Shown here one piece after another: positions 29,535-37,769 of a stretch of DNA of 64,000 nucleotides (positions within the stretch are counted from its first letter, which is position 1; every line of letters begins with the position of its first letter). The stretch is from a virus (taxonomy: Duplodnaviria > Heunggongvirae > Uroviricota > Caudoviricetes). The stretch lies in IMG/VR virus record IMGVR_UViG_3300009502_000019; one strand, 5' to 3'. The position numbers were made by a program, and so were the translations under genes. Under the pieces are notes generated by a model, which made no database searches, was not told the origin of the DNA, and saw only the letters and a list, made by a program, of their open reading frames with translations.

Positions 29535-29745
29535 CGTGGTCCTCCTCTAGTAGTGTAAACATTCCCTGATGCCCACAGGAAAGGCAGCTTGCACGGATAG
29601 TATCCTCGTCTTCTTTGGACAGTACCTCGTACGCGCATGTGTAGTTACAGATCAGGCACTTCTGCAGCATTATCTTTGGCTGAGTATTACTCATAGTGGT
29701 TGCTTTTTTACATACTTTGTTAGGTTGTTCTGATCCGCCAGCCAC
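29512..29745 (-). CDS. Zinc-ribbon small protein
   Basis: 77 aa with CLICNYTC...CLSCGH. Confidence 0.4.
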   Translation of the reverse strand: MAGGSEQPNKVCKKATTMSNTQPKIMLQKCLICNYTCAYEVLSKEDEDTIRASCLSCGHQGMFTLLEEDHDGLSRDR

Positions 29746-29987
29746 GCCGGAACTTTTACAATAAATGTTTCAGGACTTAGGATGCATTGGCTCTTTGGAA
29801 GCCATACCGTTACTGTTTTCATTGGCTTAGCGCTGTAGAAGCTCACAAGCCAGGCCTTCTTTGTTGTGTGCTTTAAACAATGAAACTCAAGTGACATAAA
29901 CGTTACTTTGCTATATGCGTCCCCGCCGCTGTATTCTCCCCAGTCCTCAAAGTTATCATCTTCCCAATCATCACCCCATTGGCCCAT
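29691..29987 (-). CDS. Hypothetical protein
   Basis: 98 aa ORF. Confidence 0.35.
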   Translation of the reverse strand: MGQWGDDWEDDNFEDWGEYSGGDAYSKVTFMSLEFHCLKHTTKKAWLVSFYSAKPMKTVTVWLPKSQCILSPETFIVKVPAWLADQNNLTKYVKKQPL

Positions 29988-29988
29988 G

Positions 29989-30252
29989 TTAAATGCCCCA
30001 CGTGTACCGTGGGTCCTCCGACTTGTTGTACATGTCTTCTTCGTGTTGTTTACGGTGTTCGTCTAGGTGCTTGAAAAGAAGTTTCCATATGGTAAACTTT
30101 TTTCCGCATTCGGTGCAGGTGAACTCAGTGGAAGGGGCGTGGCAGTCACATGTGGTACATCCGCAGGACAGTATTCCGTAGTAGGGTTCTTCCGAGGTAT
30201 TTCTGCAAGAGGGGTACTCTTGGCAATGCACACACGTTTTTCGGGGGGTCAT
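29989..30252 (-). CDS. C2H2-like zinc-finger small protein
   Basis: 87 aa. CVHCQE...CTECGKKFTIWKLLFKHLDEH resembles a C2H2 finger. Confidence 0.45.
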   Translation of the reverse strand: MTPRKTCVHCQEYPSCRNTSEEPYYGILSCGCTTCDCHAPSTEFTCTECGKKFTIWKLLFKHLDEHRKQHEEDMYNKSEDPRYTWGI

Positions 30253-30997
30253 TTACTTCTCCTATTTAGTTGGAGCCGGCGAACGGGGCGGCGGGTTCTT
30301 CCACCATGTCCGTCCACTCAAGTGGTATTTCTCCTCATCTGAGGCGGGGTTTTTGGCCATCCCACTGCCGGTCAATTCTGAACAACCGGCCTCTCGCCCC
30401 ACTATCTGTGCGTGTAACACGCCACAGCTCCAAACGATTGGTGGTCTTGGTTCACTGGTTGCGGTCTTTCCCCAAGCATAGTTTAAAAACACCACCAACA
30501 TTAGTTTGTAGCCGTATAGATTGGTACGTTTTTACTTAGCCCCTCTGAGAGTAACGGCCGGGCGACGTTTCTTAGCTGATGGCTACTTCTAAGCCTACAG
30601 CCCAATCACTTTAGGGAGTTTATCCCCTAATAGCACGGTTTCCCGCTATTCGACTACGCAAATTAAAGAGTATCTCGACGTAGGTTTTTCGCTTTAAATT
30701 CCTGTATGAGCGAATAGCGCCTGTAACCTCGAGCTTCAACCCGCCGGCGTCCCGGAATACTCTTTGTCAAATTGTTACCCACAGCACCACATGAGGGTTC
30801 AGTTTCCCGGGGGTTTTATTCGTGCTAACCGGGTATTGGGGCTACGGATACTCTCGCGGGCTAGTTTGCGATCACCGCTGACCATTTCCGACTCCTGTGC
30901 CTACCCTCATACGCCAAGCCGCAACACCCAACGTATTACTCTGGCACGCCCTGATGCTGACACAACCCACCTTTGCCTCCTACGCAACTTTTGTTAT
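30253..30997. ncRNA. ORF-free, GC-rich, structured ~745 bp region; candidate large non-coding RNA of unknown class
   Basis: No convincing ORF on either strand in a genome that is otherwise >90% coding. Long-range complementary segments are visible (GCTATTCG...CGAATAGC, CCCGGG pairs). GC content is higher than the flanks. Confidence 0.3.
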
Positions 30998-31285
30998 TTA
31001 TGCTTTTGGTGTAATCGCTTCTTGACGAGCCTGCTGCCGCTGAGCTTTTTCCTTTTTAAGGTGCCTGAGGATCTCCTTAGCTTTTTTGATGTCTAAGTCG
31101 ATCTTGTCGATAACTTTGTCGCGAAAGTGATGCTTGTGGGCGATCACATATCGCGTCCCGTTTGCTCTGTGTGGGTACACAGCGGAGCTCTCCGCCAAGT
31201 TGATTTCAGAGACACTTATTCCCGCTAGGTCCGCGATTTGCTTAGCCGTTAGACCGAGTGGGTGGTTCTTCGTGTGCTTTACCAT
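30998..31285 (-). CDS. Small HTH DNA-binding protein
   Basis: 95 aa. LTAKQIADLAGISVSEINL helix-turn-helix and a basic C-terminus. Confidence 0.5.
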   Translation of the reverse strand: MVKHTKNHPLGLTAKQIADLAGISVSEINLAESSAVYPHRANGTRYVIAHKHHFRDKVIDKIDLDIKKAKEILRHLKKEKAQRQQARQEAITPKA

Positions 31286-31444
31286 GGTTCTTTTTCCTTA
31301 TGTTAGTTGTTGGTTATGCTGTGCGAGTAAATAGGCTGCTCGGGGACTGGCGAACAGTACTAGCAACACGCCAGTGGAGGTGCTGTTAACGAGGACTTCT
31401 CCCCGGCTAGTTTCCTCTTGAATCCCCCAAGCAGCCATTTCTTG

Positions 31445-32551
31445 CTACTCCTTCTTGCTTAACATCTTTCCGAACACCCCGGACACGTCCATAAGAGAGG
31501 TGTTGTTATTACCGACCGGAATACCCCAAATCTGCAACGTCGGAGACAGCTTCTCCGCAAACGCAAGGTTCACGACATTCTGACCACCACCAAGAGCCTC
31601 GGCAGACAGTTTCTTGCCTTCTGCTTCAGCCTTGTACCGAGCAAGGTTACCAGCAGCTTCAGCTTCAAGACGGTACCTATCGGCATCTGCTTTCAGCTTA
31701 ATAGCTGCGGCATTGCCCTCGGCTTCCGCTTTAAGAGACTCCCCACGACCCTGTGCTTGTTGGATCGCTTGGAACTTCTCCCCCTCGGCTTCCGCTTTAA
31801 GTTTCAAGGCGTTCTGTTCCGCAGCAGCAGCCAAGTTCTTGTTGACCTCAACTTGCTGTGAGGCCAGCTTCTTGGACTCAATAGCCTGTTGGAACTGGGC
31901 ATTCTGCCACCGGAAATCCCTCATTAAGGCATCCTGAATGTTAATGGCAGGATATTTGCTGAGAGCGTCTTGAAGTTTTGTTTTAATGGACTGTTGGATT
32001 TGTTCACGGATCTTACCATCGTACATCTGCTCAGCCGTGTATTGCCCGATCGCAATACGAGCCTCTGACCGGACCTGCGGAAGCAGAATCTGATCCTCGT
32101 ACCCAGGACCTACTGACGCGTGAAGCGCCGGCACGTCTTTGGCATTGAGCGAGTAAATGATCGTCATGTCAACGTCAATACCCTGACCGTCAATGGTCTT
32201 GAGTGACATATTCCACTCATTAGAGTGCTGGTCCGACTTCATGGAGTCATGTGGGAATGACCGTGCGGATATCTGGTAGATCACCATATCCGTCTGCCAA
32301 TGATTAAACAAGTGGTACCCAACCCCCCTGGGCTCTGGCACAACCTTACCGGCGAACTTGTTCACTTCAACAGCAACTTCTGTAGGATGGACATTTACAT
32401 AGCCGAATGTGAGCAATGCCACAAACAGTACGATAAATGCTACGACGGCTCCCCCTATTCCAAATACTTGTTTACTTTTTTCCATTTTAATTCCCCTTTT
32501 TCGTTGCTGGTTTGGTGCTTTGCTTCGACTCTTCTTGCATTTCTTTTGCAT
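31445..32551 (-). CDS. SPFH/band-7 (prohibitin/HflK/C-like) membrane protein
   Basis: 368 aa. N-terminal TM helix, an SPFH core (VHPTEVAVEV...) and a long alanine/glutamate-rich coiled-coil C-terminus. Confidence 0.75.
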   Translation of the reverse strand: MQKKCKKSRSKAPNQQRKRGIKMEKSKQVFGIGGAVVAFIVLFVALLTFGYVNVHPTEVAVEVNKFAGKVVPEPRGVGYHLFNHWQTDMVIYQISARSFPHDSMKSDQHSNEWNMSLKTIDGQGIDVDMTIIYSLNAKDVPALHASVGPGYEDQILLPQVRSEARIAIGQYTAEQMYDGKIREQIQQSIKTKLQDALSKYPAINIQDALMRDFRWQNAQFQQAIESKKLASQQVEVNKNLAAAAEQNALKLKAEAEGEKFQAIQQAQGRGESLKAEAEGNAAAIKLKADADRYRLEAEAAGNLARYKAEAEGKKLSAEALGGGQNVVNLAFAEKLSPTLQIWGIPVGNNNTSLMDVSGVFGKMLSKKE

Positions 32552-32702
32552 TTTTTATCCACCCACTTGACATTCCAAACAGGATATTGGACGGACCTTC
32601 ATATCCAGATGCTGTCCACACAATATAATGGACAAAATTCGCTACAAACCACAGCAGTATCAACATTCCGAACAGCTCGATGAATCTAAACACTTCTACC
32701 AC
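32487..32702 (-). CDS. Small membrane protein
   Basis: 71 aa with two TM segments. Confidence 0.35.
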   Translation of the reverse strand: MVEVFRFIELFGMLILLWFVANFVHYIVWTASGYEGPSNILFGMSSGWIKNAKEMQEESKQSTKPATKKGN

Positions 32703-32706
32703 CTCC

Positions 32707-32946
32707 TTATCTGATGATCCCTTTTGATTTGGCCCATGTCAGCCAGTTTGTTTCAAGTAAAGCCGTAAACTGTATGTTGCTCATCGGAGCTTGTGTTTTA
32801 CTTGCCGCTCCTTTAAGCGCCTCAGCTTCCAGGCTCTTCAGTATTTCCCTACGGTCGTTAAGAAACTGTTCCCACTTTTTCATGCCTTCTTGAAATCCAA
32901 AATACCCGAAGATTGCAAGAAGTAAAACAAACATCGCGCCTACCAT
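32707..32946 (-). CDS. Small membrane protein
   Basis: 79 aa with an N-terminal TM segment. Confidence 0.4.
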   Translation of the reverse strand: MVGAMFVLLLAIFGYFGFQEGMKKWEQFLNDRREILKSLEAEALKGAASKTQAPMSNIQFTALLETNWLTWAKSKGIIR

Positions 32947-32960
32947 GCTTCACCCCCCTG

Positions 32961-33185
32961 TTAAAATCCTCCTGATGCACCACCGCCTCCGAAACTACCA
33001 CCACCAAAACCTCCAAACCCACCACCGCCGTCTCCGTCATCACAGCCACCACCAAATATGCCATCATCGTCAGAGTTTGCAATGACATACAAGACAACAA
33101 TGACCACGGCGATGGCGATTACCCACGCTATTACAGGATGGGTGTGAAACAATATCGAGATTTGATCAGCGTCGCCTTTTGTCAT
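32961..33185 (-). CDS. TM protein with glycine-rich GGFGGFGGG tail
   Basis: 74 aa. TM helix followed by DDGIFGGGCDDGDGGGGFGGFGGGSFGGGGASGGF. Confidence 0.5.
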   Translation of the reverse strand: MTKGDADQISILFHTHPVIAWVIAIAVVIVVLYVIANSDDDGIFGGGCDDGDGGGGFGGFGGGSFGGGGASGGF

Positions 33186-33556
33186 TAGAAATCGCCCGTA
33201 GCGCCTCCGCCACTAAAATCACCTCCGCCAAATCCACCAAAGCCACTTCCGGAATCGTCGTCGCCGCTTCCGCCAAAGCTAGGACCTGAGGAGTCATCGT
33301 CTCTTCTTTGACGGTCTTCCTCTTCATCCTCTTCTTCTTTTCTTTTGCGACTGGACGCGAGCTCTTCTCCACACTCCTGGCATACTCTTTTGTCATCGGT
33401 GCTGCACATACGCAGCTCTAGCTCTCGCAATGTGTCCAGCTCGACTGAGGTTACCGGAATGTACTGTACGTTTACCATTTCTGCACCACACCCTGTGCAG
33501 GATTCAATGGTCACAGACTTGCCTGCCAACACAATTACGTCTCCGACTTCTTTCAT
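33185..33556 (-). CDS. Zinc-ribbon / acidic / glycine-rich tail protein
   Basis: 123 aa. CTGCG...CQECG zinc ribbon, a poly-E/D/R segment and a tail GGSGDDDSGSGFGGFGGGDFSGGGATGDF. Confidence 0.5.
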   Translation of the reverse strand: MKEVGDVIVLAGKSVTIESCTGCGAEMVNVQYIPVTSVELDTLRELELRMCSTDDKRVCQECGEELASSRKRKEEEDEEEDRQRRDDDSSGPSFGGSGDDDSGSGFGGFGGGDFSGGGATGDF

Positions 33557-34053
33557 TGTCTCACCTCCTTGTTGATTGCTTGAAGTCCCGCTACCATACC
33601 ACCCTTCCAGTCGCCCCGCTTAAAATGAGGCGCAATGATATCGTGGATGATGTTGCCTGCTTTAGCGTCAGGCAAGAACGCTTCGGCTCCGCGGCCGGCT
33701 TCGATGCGGATCTTCCGGTCACTCTTAGCCAGGATAACAATAACGCCATTATCCTTGCCCTTAAACCCAACCTTCCACTTCTCTGCTACCTTGATGCCGA
33801 ACTGCTCAATCGACCACGGCTGTGTGGAGTTCACGATCAGTACGGCAACCTGAAGTTGTGGTTCAACAGACTTGCAAAATGTTGTGATCTGATCCACAGC
33901 CGAAGAGTCTAACAAGCCAAGTTGGTCAACAACATAGCCGGTAGCTTCCGGGATAGTGGGCACTTTCTCCACAGCTGTAGTAGAGACATCGCAGCCACAG
34001 GCTATGAGAGCCCAAACACACATCATCGGTACTAACCAAACTCGCCGGCTCAT
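33553..34053 (-). CDS. TPM-domain (YgcG/TLP18.3-like) lipoprotein
   Basis: 166 aa. Signal peptide plus lipobox (LIACGC). TPM-domain core GYVVDQLGLL...VAVLIVNS...GVIVILAKSDRKIRIEAG. Confidence 0.7.
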   Translation of the reverse strand: MSRRVWLVPMMCVWALIACGCDVSTTAVEKVPTIPEATGYVVDQLGLLDSSAVDQITTFCKSVEPQLQVAVLIVNSTQPWSIEQFGIKVAEKWKVGFKGKDNGVIVILAKSDRKIRIEAGRGAEAFLPDAKAGNIIHDIIAPHFKRGDWKGGMVAGLQAINKEVRQ

Positions 34054-34634
34054 TTAGCCACCTCCAAATTAACTTGGGGGGGCAGTTCGGCACCCTTCTG
34101 ACTGGTGTACATCGTCTTGGCTTCAAAGTGGAAGAAGCCGGCGAAGATGTTGCCCGGGAATGACTGAATGGACGTGTCGTAGATCTGTACGGACTCGTTG
34201 TACCGCTGACGGGCAACATTGATGCGGTTCTCAGTGCCTGCAAGCTCATACATCAGCCCCTGAACGGTCTCATTGGCTTTTAAGTTTGGATAATTCTCCA
34301 TAATCACTAACAGTCTTGAGATAGCACCGTCCAACTCACCCTGGGCCTTAACCTTGTCGTCACCCTTAGATCCGGCGTAATTCTTACGAGCATCTGCTAT
34401 TGCCTTAAACACGACCTGCTCATGCTCCATATACCCACGAGCAGCATTCACGAGGTTCGGAATAAGATCGAACCGGCGCTGGTACTGTGTCTCGACCTGG
34501 CCCCACTGCGTAACGCACTCAATACGCTGCTGGACGAGTGAGTTGTAGTTCCCTGTGATAAACCCGAACACGCAGAGTGCTATAAAAGCAAGCACCCCTA
34601 AAACCACTGCCATTCCAATTAAAAACCCCTTCAT
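34050..34634 (-). CDS. LemA-family protein
   Basis: 194 aa. N-terminal TM helix and the LemA core (QVETQYQRRFDLIPNLV...LLVIMENYPNLKA). Confidence 0.75.
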   Translation of the reverse strand: MKGFLIGMAVVLGVLAFIALCVFGFITGNYNSLVQQRIECVTQWGQVETQYQRRFDLIPNLVNAARGYMEHEQVVFKAIADARKNYAGSKGDDKVKAQGELDGAISRLLVIMENYPNLKANETVQGLMYELAGTENRINVARQRYNESVQIYDTSIQSFPGNIFAGFFHFEAKTMYTSQKGAELPPQVNLEVAK

Positions 34635-34635
34635 T

Positions 34636-34959
34636 TTATTCCCCCTTGTTTGTTGTTGGTGCCACTTGGCACGTTATTGTAATAAACTCTGCTGGACAAA
34701 CCGGCTTTACAAACACATTTATATTGCGTTCGCCATTTGTTACGGCACAATCCACTCCAAAATACTCGGCGGATATTCCCAAGACTTCTACCATCCTTCG
34801 CCGTAACTCAGCAACGGCAAACTCGAAAGTAGTTTCAGGGGGTTTTGGCCTCCTAGCTACTTCCTCAAACGACGCCGCCCTGAATACGGGTCTCACTATG
34901 TATTCTCCGCTTCTTTCTCTTTTGGTGCTAACGTAACGCGAGTGTCCGTGGCAAACCAT
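34636..34959 (-). CDS. Hypothetical protein carrying the shared AASFEEVARRPKPP motif; start uncertain
   Basis: 107 aa ORF overlapping the upstream gene's 3' end. Motif PVFRAASFEEVARRPKPPE is shared with ORF 1343-1987. Confidence 0.35.
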   Translation of the reverse strand: MVCHGHSRYVSTKRERSGEYIVRPVFRAASFEEVARRPKPPETTFEFAVAELRRRMVEVLGISAEYFGVDCAVTNGERNINVFVKPVCPAEFITITCQVAPTTNKGE

Positions 34960-35465
34960 GTCTGGTAAGGGTCCTTGGCCACGGCTTCATTGAAGGCGAT
35001 AACGGCAGCTTCGAGATCAGCAGATGGGTCCCAGTCTTCGTGAACATCGTCTTCAAGGAACTCATACACGTTAAGGACACGGCGTCGGTTCTGTTTGCAG
35101 AGCACTAGCTGCAGTTCCTCTGGCTCCAACCCTTCATCGTCGCAGTAATCAAGCAGGTCCTGCTCGTCAAAGAAGTAGGTGTCCGTGTCATAGATGGAGA
35201 TTGGCGTCTTGTAGTCCCACTGAATGACCTTAAACTTCTCAAACTTCTCTTGCTTTGATTTCTCTCTGCAGGACTCGCACTTTGTCCACCCCTTTTCCAT
35301 GGTTGCTCCACACTCGCACTTCAAGTGAGTGCATCCGGACCAGCGGGCCATGTGCTCATTGTCTCCCCAAAAGTGACCGTCTTTAGACATCCATCCGGTC
35401 ACAGTTACTTTTTTTGCTGCTTCGTCAGAGCTGTATTCGATCATAACGCCCCCTACTTTATGCAC
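34896..35465 (-). CDS. Hypothetical protein with Cys cluster
   Basis: 189 aa. CTHLKCECG...CESC zinc-binding-like cluster and an acidic middle. Confidence 0.45.
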   Translation of the reverse strand: MHKVGGVMIEYSSDEAAKKVTVTGWMSKDGHFWGDNEHMARWSGCTHLKCECGATMEKGWTKCESCREKSKQEKFEKFKVIQWDYKTPISIYDTDTYFFDEQDLLDYCDDEGLEPEELQLVLCKQNRRRVLNVYEFLEDDVHEDWDPSADLEAAVIAFNEAVAKDPYQTWFATDTRVTLAPKEKEAENT

Positions 35466-36919
35466 CCGAGACGCTTGCGAATGTCTGCAAGTGTGTACTC
35501 GGTTACGATTTTGCCATCTTCAAATACGGTTGTAAGCAGCCCAAGATCCTCTTGTTCTGGCGTGACATCTTCAATCATCGTGAGCTCTCCGGTTGTAGCA
35601 TCTTGATTAACCTGCAAGAGCCCGCGGGCGGACTTCTTGATCCCGCTATCGGTTTTCGGGTCCTTGTAGATAGTCACAGGCTTTCCGTTGATGATGCCCC
35701 AGGTAGCTTTCATGGCAAACCCGAAGGTGTCACGTGTCACAAACTGGTAAGTGTAGCTTCCGATGCCAAACACCATGTTCGTGGACGCAAACCCCTTTCG
35801 TGCAAGACCTTCACAAATGGCTTCGCACCGCTCAAGTGTGATGCTGTCGCCATAGATTACCCCAATGTGCTTGTCGAGTTGCTTGAACCCTTTAGCGTTT
35901 GTGTAGCCGCCAAAGGTGTTCCACAGAAGCTCAACAGTGCCGGCTTTGGCTGCTGGATCATCACTCACAGCGTCGCCACAGATGATCTTCACAGGATCAC
36001 CACTGTCGGGGCGAACCACAAGCCGACCGTTCCGGTTCATAATTACATCTTTTAGAGCCGGAAGGGTCTTCGTGATCACATTCCAGTAGTCCCATGTGTC
36101 AGACACAACAGAGACAATGCCAGTAGGATAGATCTCAGTAAGGAGCCTGCGAAACGTCTCTTCTTCTGACAGAAGACCACCGAGGCACATGACCGAGTGC
36201 TCCGTTGCCGGAACACTGCCACCTACCATCTCCTTGTCAGAGTCAGCGCCGTAATATTCTTCAAGGAAGTCGATCGCTGGGACCGTGTCCGTGCCCGTAA
36301 AGCTAAGCAGATGGCCAGCAGCAGACATTAGGGCTCCCTCAATCCCAAATATTCCTCGCATCGAGAAGTCATGGCCCTGCCAGTTGACAAACTCCGGAAT
36401 GTCAGATGTCCTTGCCGCGTACCCATCCAGCATCTTTCTGTAGGCGTAGGCTGTAGATGCTGAAGTGGTTGGGCCCCACACGATATTACACATGACTGTT
36501 TCCATGAAGTTTGTTAGCCAAAAAAACTTCGGGTGGGTGTTCCGGATCGTTAGGATCGGAATACGCATCGGACACAGAGTTCCTTCTGGAAGAGCTTTGA
36601 GCAGAATAGGAAGGTATCCAAGATCATGAAGCTCCCCAACGTGCTCAATGGGAACAGAGTCTTTTCCAAGAGCATTATCAAGGCGCCGTTTGTACTTGCG
36701 AACAACCTCGTCTTTTGGTTGGTTGAAAAAGTCCTCATTCCACCGCTTAATCAAGTACTCTTTGACAAAATACTGGATTCCAAACACGACCACGTGGTCG
36801 ACCCCAGGCACACGGCTCCCGCGAGGCGTTAGATTGGAGTACACGATCTCAGTTCCTGTCGGGTACTGCCTTCTATGGTCTGTTTTGTAGAAATCCTTGA
36901 GTACAATGGGTGAAATCAT
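35453..36919 (-). CDS. nadV: Nicotinamide phosphoribosyltransferase (NAMPT/NadV)
   Basis: 488 aa, collinear with NAMPT/PBEF family proteins (length and core GIQYF...DSGDP...GVIYGD). Confidence 0.8.
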   Translation of the reverse strand: MISPIVLKDFYKTDHRRQYPTGTEIVYSNLTPRGSRVPGVDHVVVFGIQYFVKEYLIKRWNEDFFNQPKDEVVRKYKRRLDNALGKDSVPIEHVGELHDLGYLPILLKALPEGTLCPMRIPILTIRNTHPKFFWLTNFMETVMCNIVWGPTTSASTAYAYRKMLDGYAARTSDIPEFVNWQGHDFSMRGIFGIEGALMSAAGHLLSFTGTDTVPAIDFLEEYYGADSDKEMVGGSVPATEHSVMCLGGLLSEEETFRRLLTEIYPTGIVSVVSDTWDYWNVITKTLPALKDVIMNRNGRLVVRPDSGDPVKIICGDAVSDDPAAKAGTVELLWNTFGGYTNAKGFKQLDKHIGVIYGDSITLERCEAICEGLARKGFASTNMVFGIGSYTYQFVTRDTFGFAMKATWGIINGKPVTIYKDPKTDSGIKKSARGLLQVNQDATTGELTMIEDVTPEQEDLGLLTTVFEDGKIVTEYTLADIRKRLGCIK

Positions 36920-37341
36920 TTTTCTTGTATCCTTTCCTTTTCAATTTCGTTCACTACAGCCTCCAGTACGATATACGCCTGCCCGAGACCGGCGCGGTCG
37001 TCAAGCAGGGTGCTAAAAAATGGCTTTCCGCCGTCTTTAAGCAGCGGACTCTCATTGGTGAAGCTTGGCATAAACCCAAGCGAGTACCTACAGTAATCCT
37101 GCTTAAACTTAAGCTTGTCAGGATTAGACTCGTTAGTATACAAGCACATTGTGAGCCCAAGTTTACTGCATCGGCGGAGCAGCTCCATAACAGCGGTGTA
37201 GCAGTGTCCCTGGTGGTGGTAGTCAAAGATCGTTTCATCGAAGTCGAACCCGATAACAAGGTTACCGTACTTTTTGAACTCGTTACGGAGGCGTTCGATG
37301 CACCTATTTACATCGCAATATGGATCAACGACTTGGCTCAT
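36916..37341 (-). CDS. HAD-like small hydrolase (possible nucleotidase)
   Basis: 141 aa with HAD motif I VIGFDFDETIFD. Confidence 0.4.
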   Translation of the reverse strand: MSQVVDPYCDVNRCIERLRNEFKKYGNLVIGFDFDETIFDYHHQGHCYTAVMELLRRCSKLGLTMCLYTNESNPDKLKFKQDYCRYSLGFMPSFTNESPLLKDGGKPFFSTLLDDRAGLGQAYIVLEAVVNEIEKERIQEK

Positions 37342-37769
37342 TTCCCCTCCTTCTCAAGAGTGGACAGGCGGTTCTGGAGTTCTTTGTTTTCAGCCTCCAG
37401 TTTTTCAAATGCACAATCAAACGCATAATCTCCTTTTGAAGCATCCTCCATAATCTTTTCCAACTCAGCGTTACGAGTGCGGAGTTCTTCCATTTCCTTA
37501 TCCTTGCGCTCAATACATTTTTTGACTTGAACAAACTGCCAATCATTTTCTTTCAGCCTTTCTTCCAACTCTGCGTTCTCACGCTTGAGGTCGGCTATCG
37601 CATCCAAGGCATTCTCGCCGGTTACTTCCTTCGAGTGCCCCGTTATGCCCAGAGCTTCCTCGATTTCTTCTATCAGCTGATCTTTCAGCGTTAGGATGAT
37701 ATCCAAACTTTCAACACGGGCCTTAAACTCCCCAAGTTGCCTGTTCATGTCTTTTTCCTTATCGCTCAT
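37338..37769 (-). CDS. Coiled-coil protein (segmentally paralogous to 58864-59643)
   Basis: 143 aa, heptad-rich. Shares NKELQNRLSTLEKEGK / EELRTRNAELEK with the plus-strand protein at 58864. Confidence 0.5.
   Translation of the reverse strand: MSDKEKDMNRQLGEFKARVESLDIILTLKDQLIEEIEEALGITGHSKEVTGENALDAIADLKRENAELEERLKENDWQFVQVKKCIERKDKEMEELRTRNAELEKIMEDASKGDYAFDCAFEKLEAENKELQNRLSTLEKEGK

Noticed and set aside
30253-30997. tmRNA or RNase P RNA identity for the ORF-free region
   Set aside because: No tRNA-like acceptor/T-arm ends, no tag-peptide frame with a resume codon, and no RNase P P4 consensus could be found by eye. Left as an unclassified structured-RNA candidate.
30067-31096. ORFs 30067-30342(+), 30270-30539(+), 30262-30501(-) and 30764-31096(+) as protein-coding
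   Set aside because: They are mutually overlapping, lack RBS support, have Pro/Arg/Ser-rich low-complexity translations typical of GC-rich non-coding sequence, and break the minus-strand-only gene orientation of this block.
36916-37341. NMN adenylyltransferase assignment for the 141-aa ORF (DYHHQGH read as an HxGH-like motif)
   Set aside because: The spacing and context do not fit the GxFxPxHxGH nucleotidyltransferase motif. The N-terminal DFDET fits HAD motif I better.
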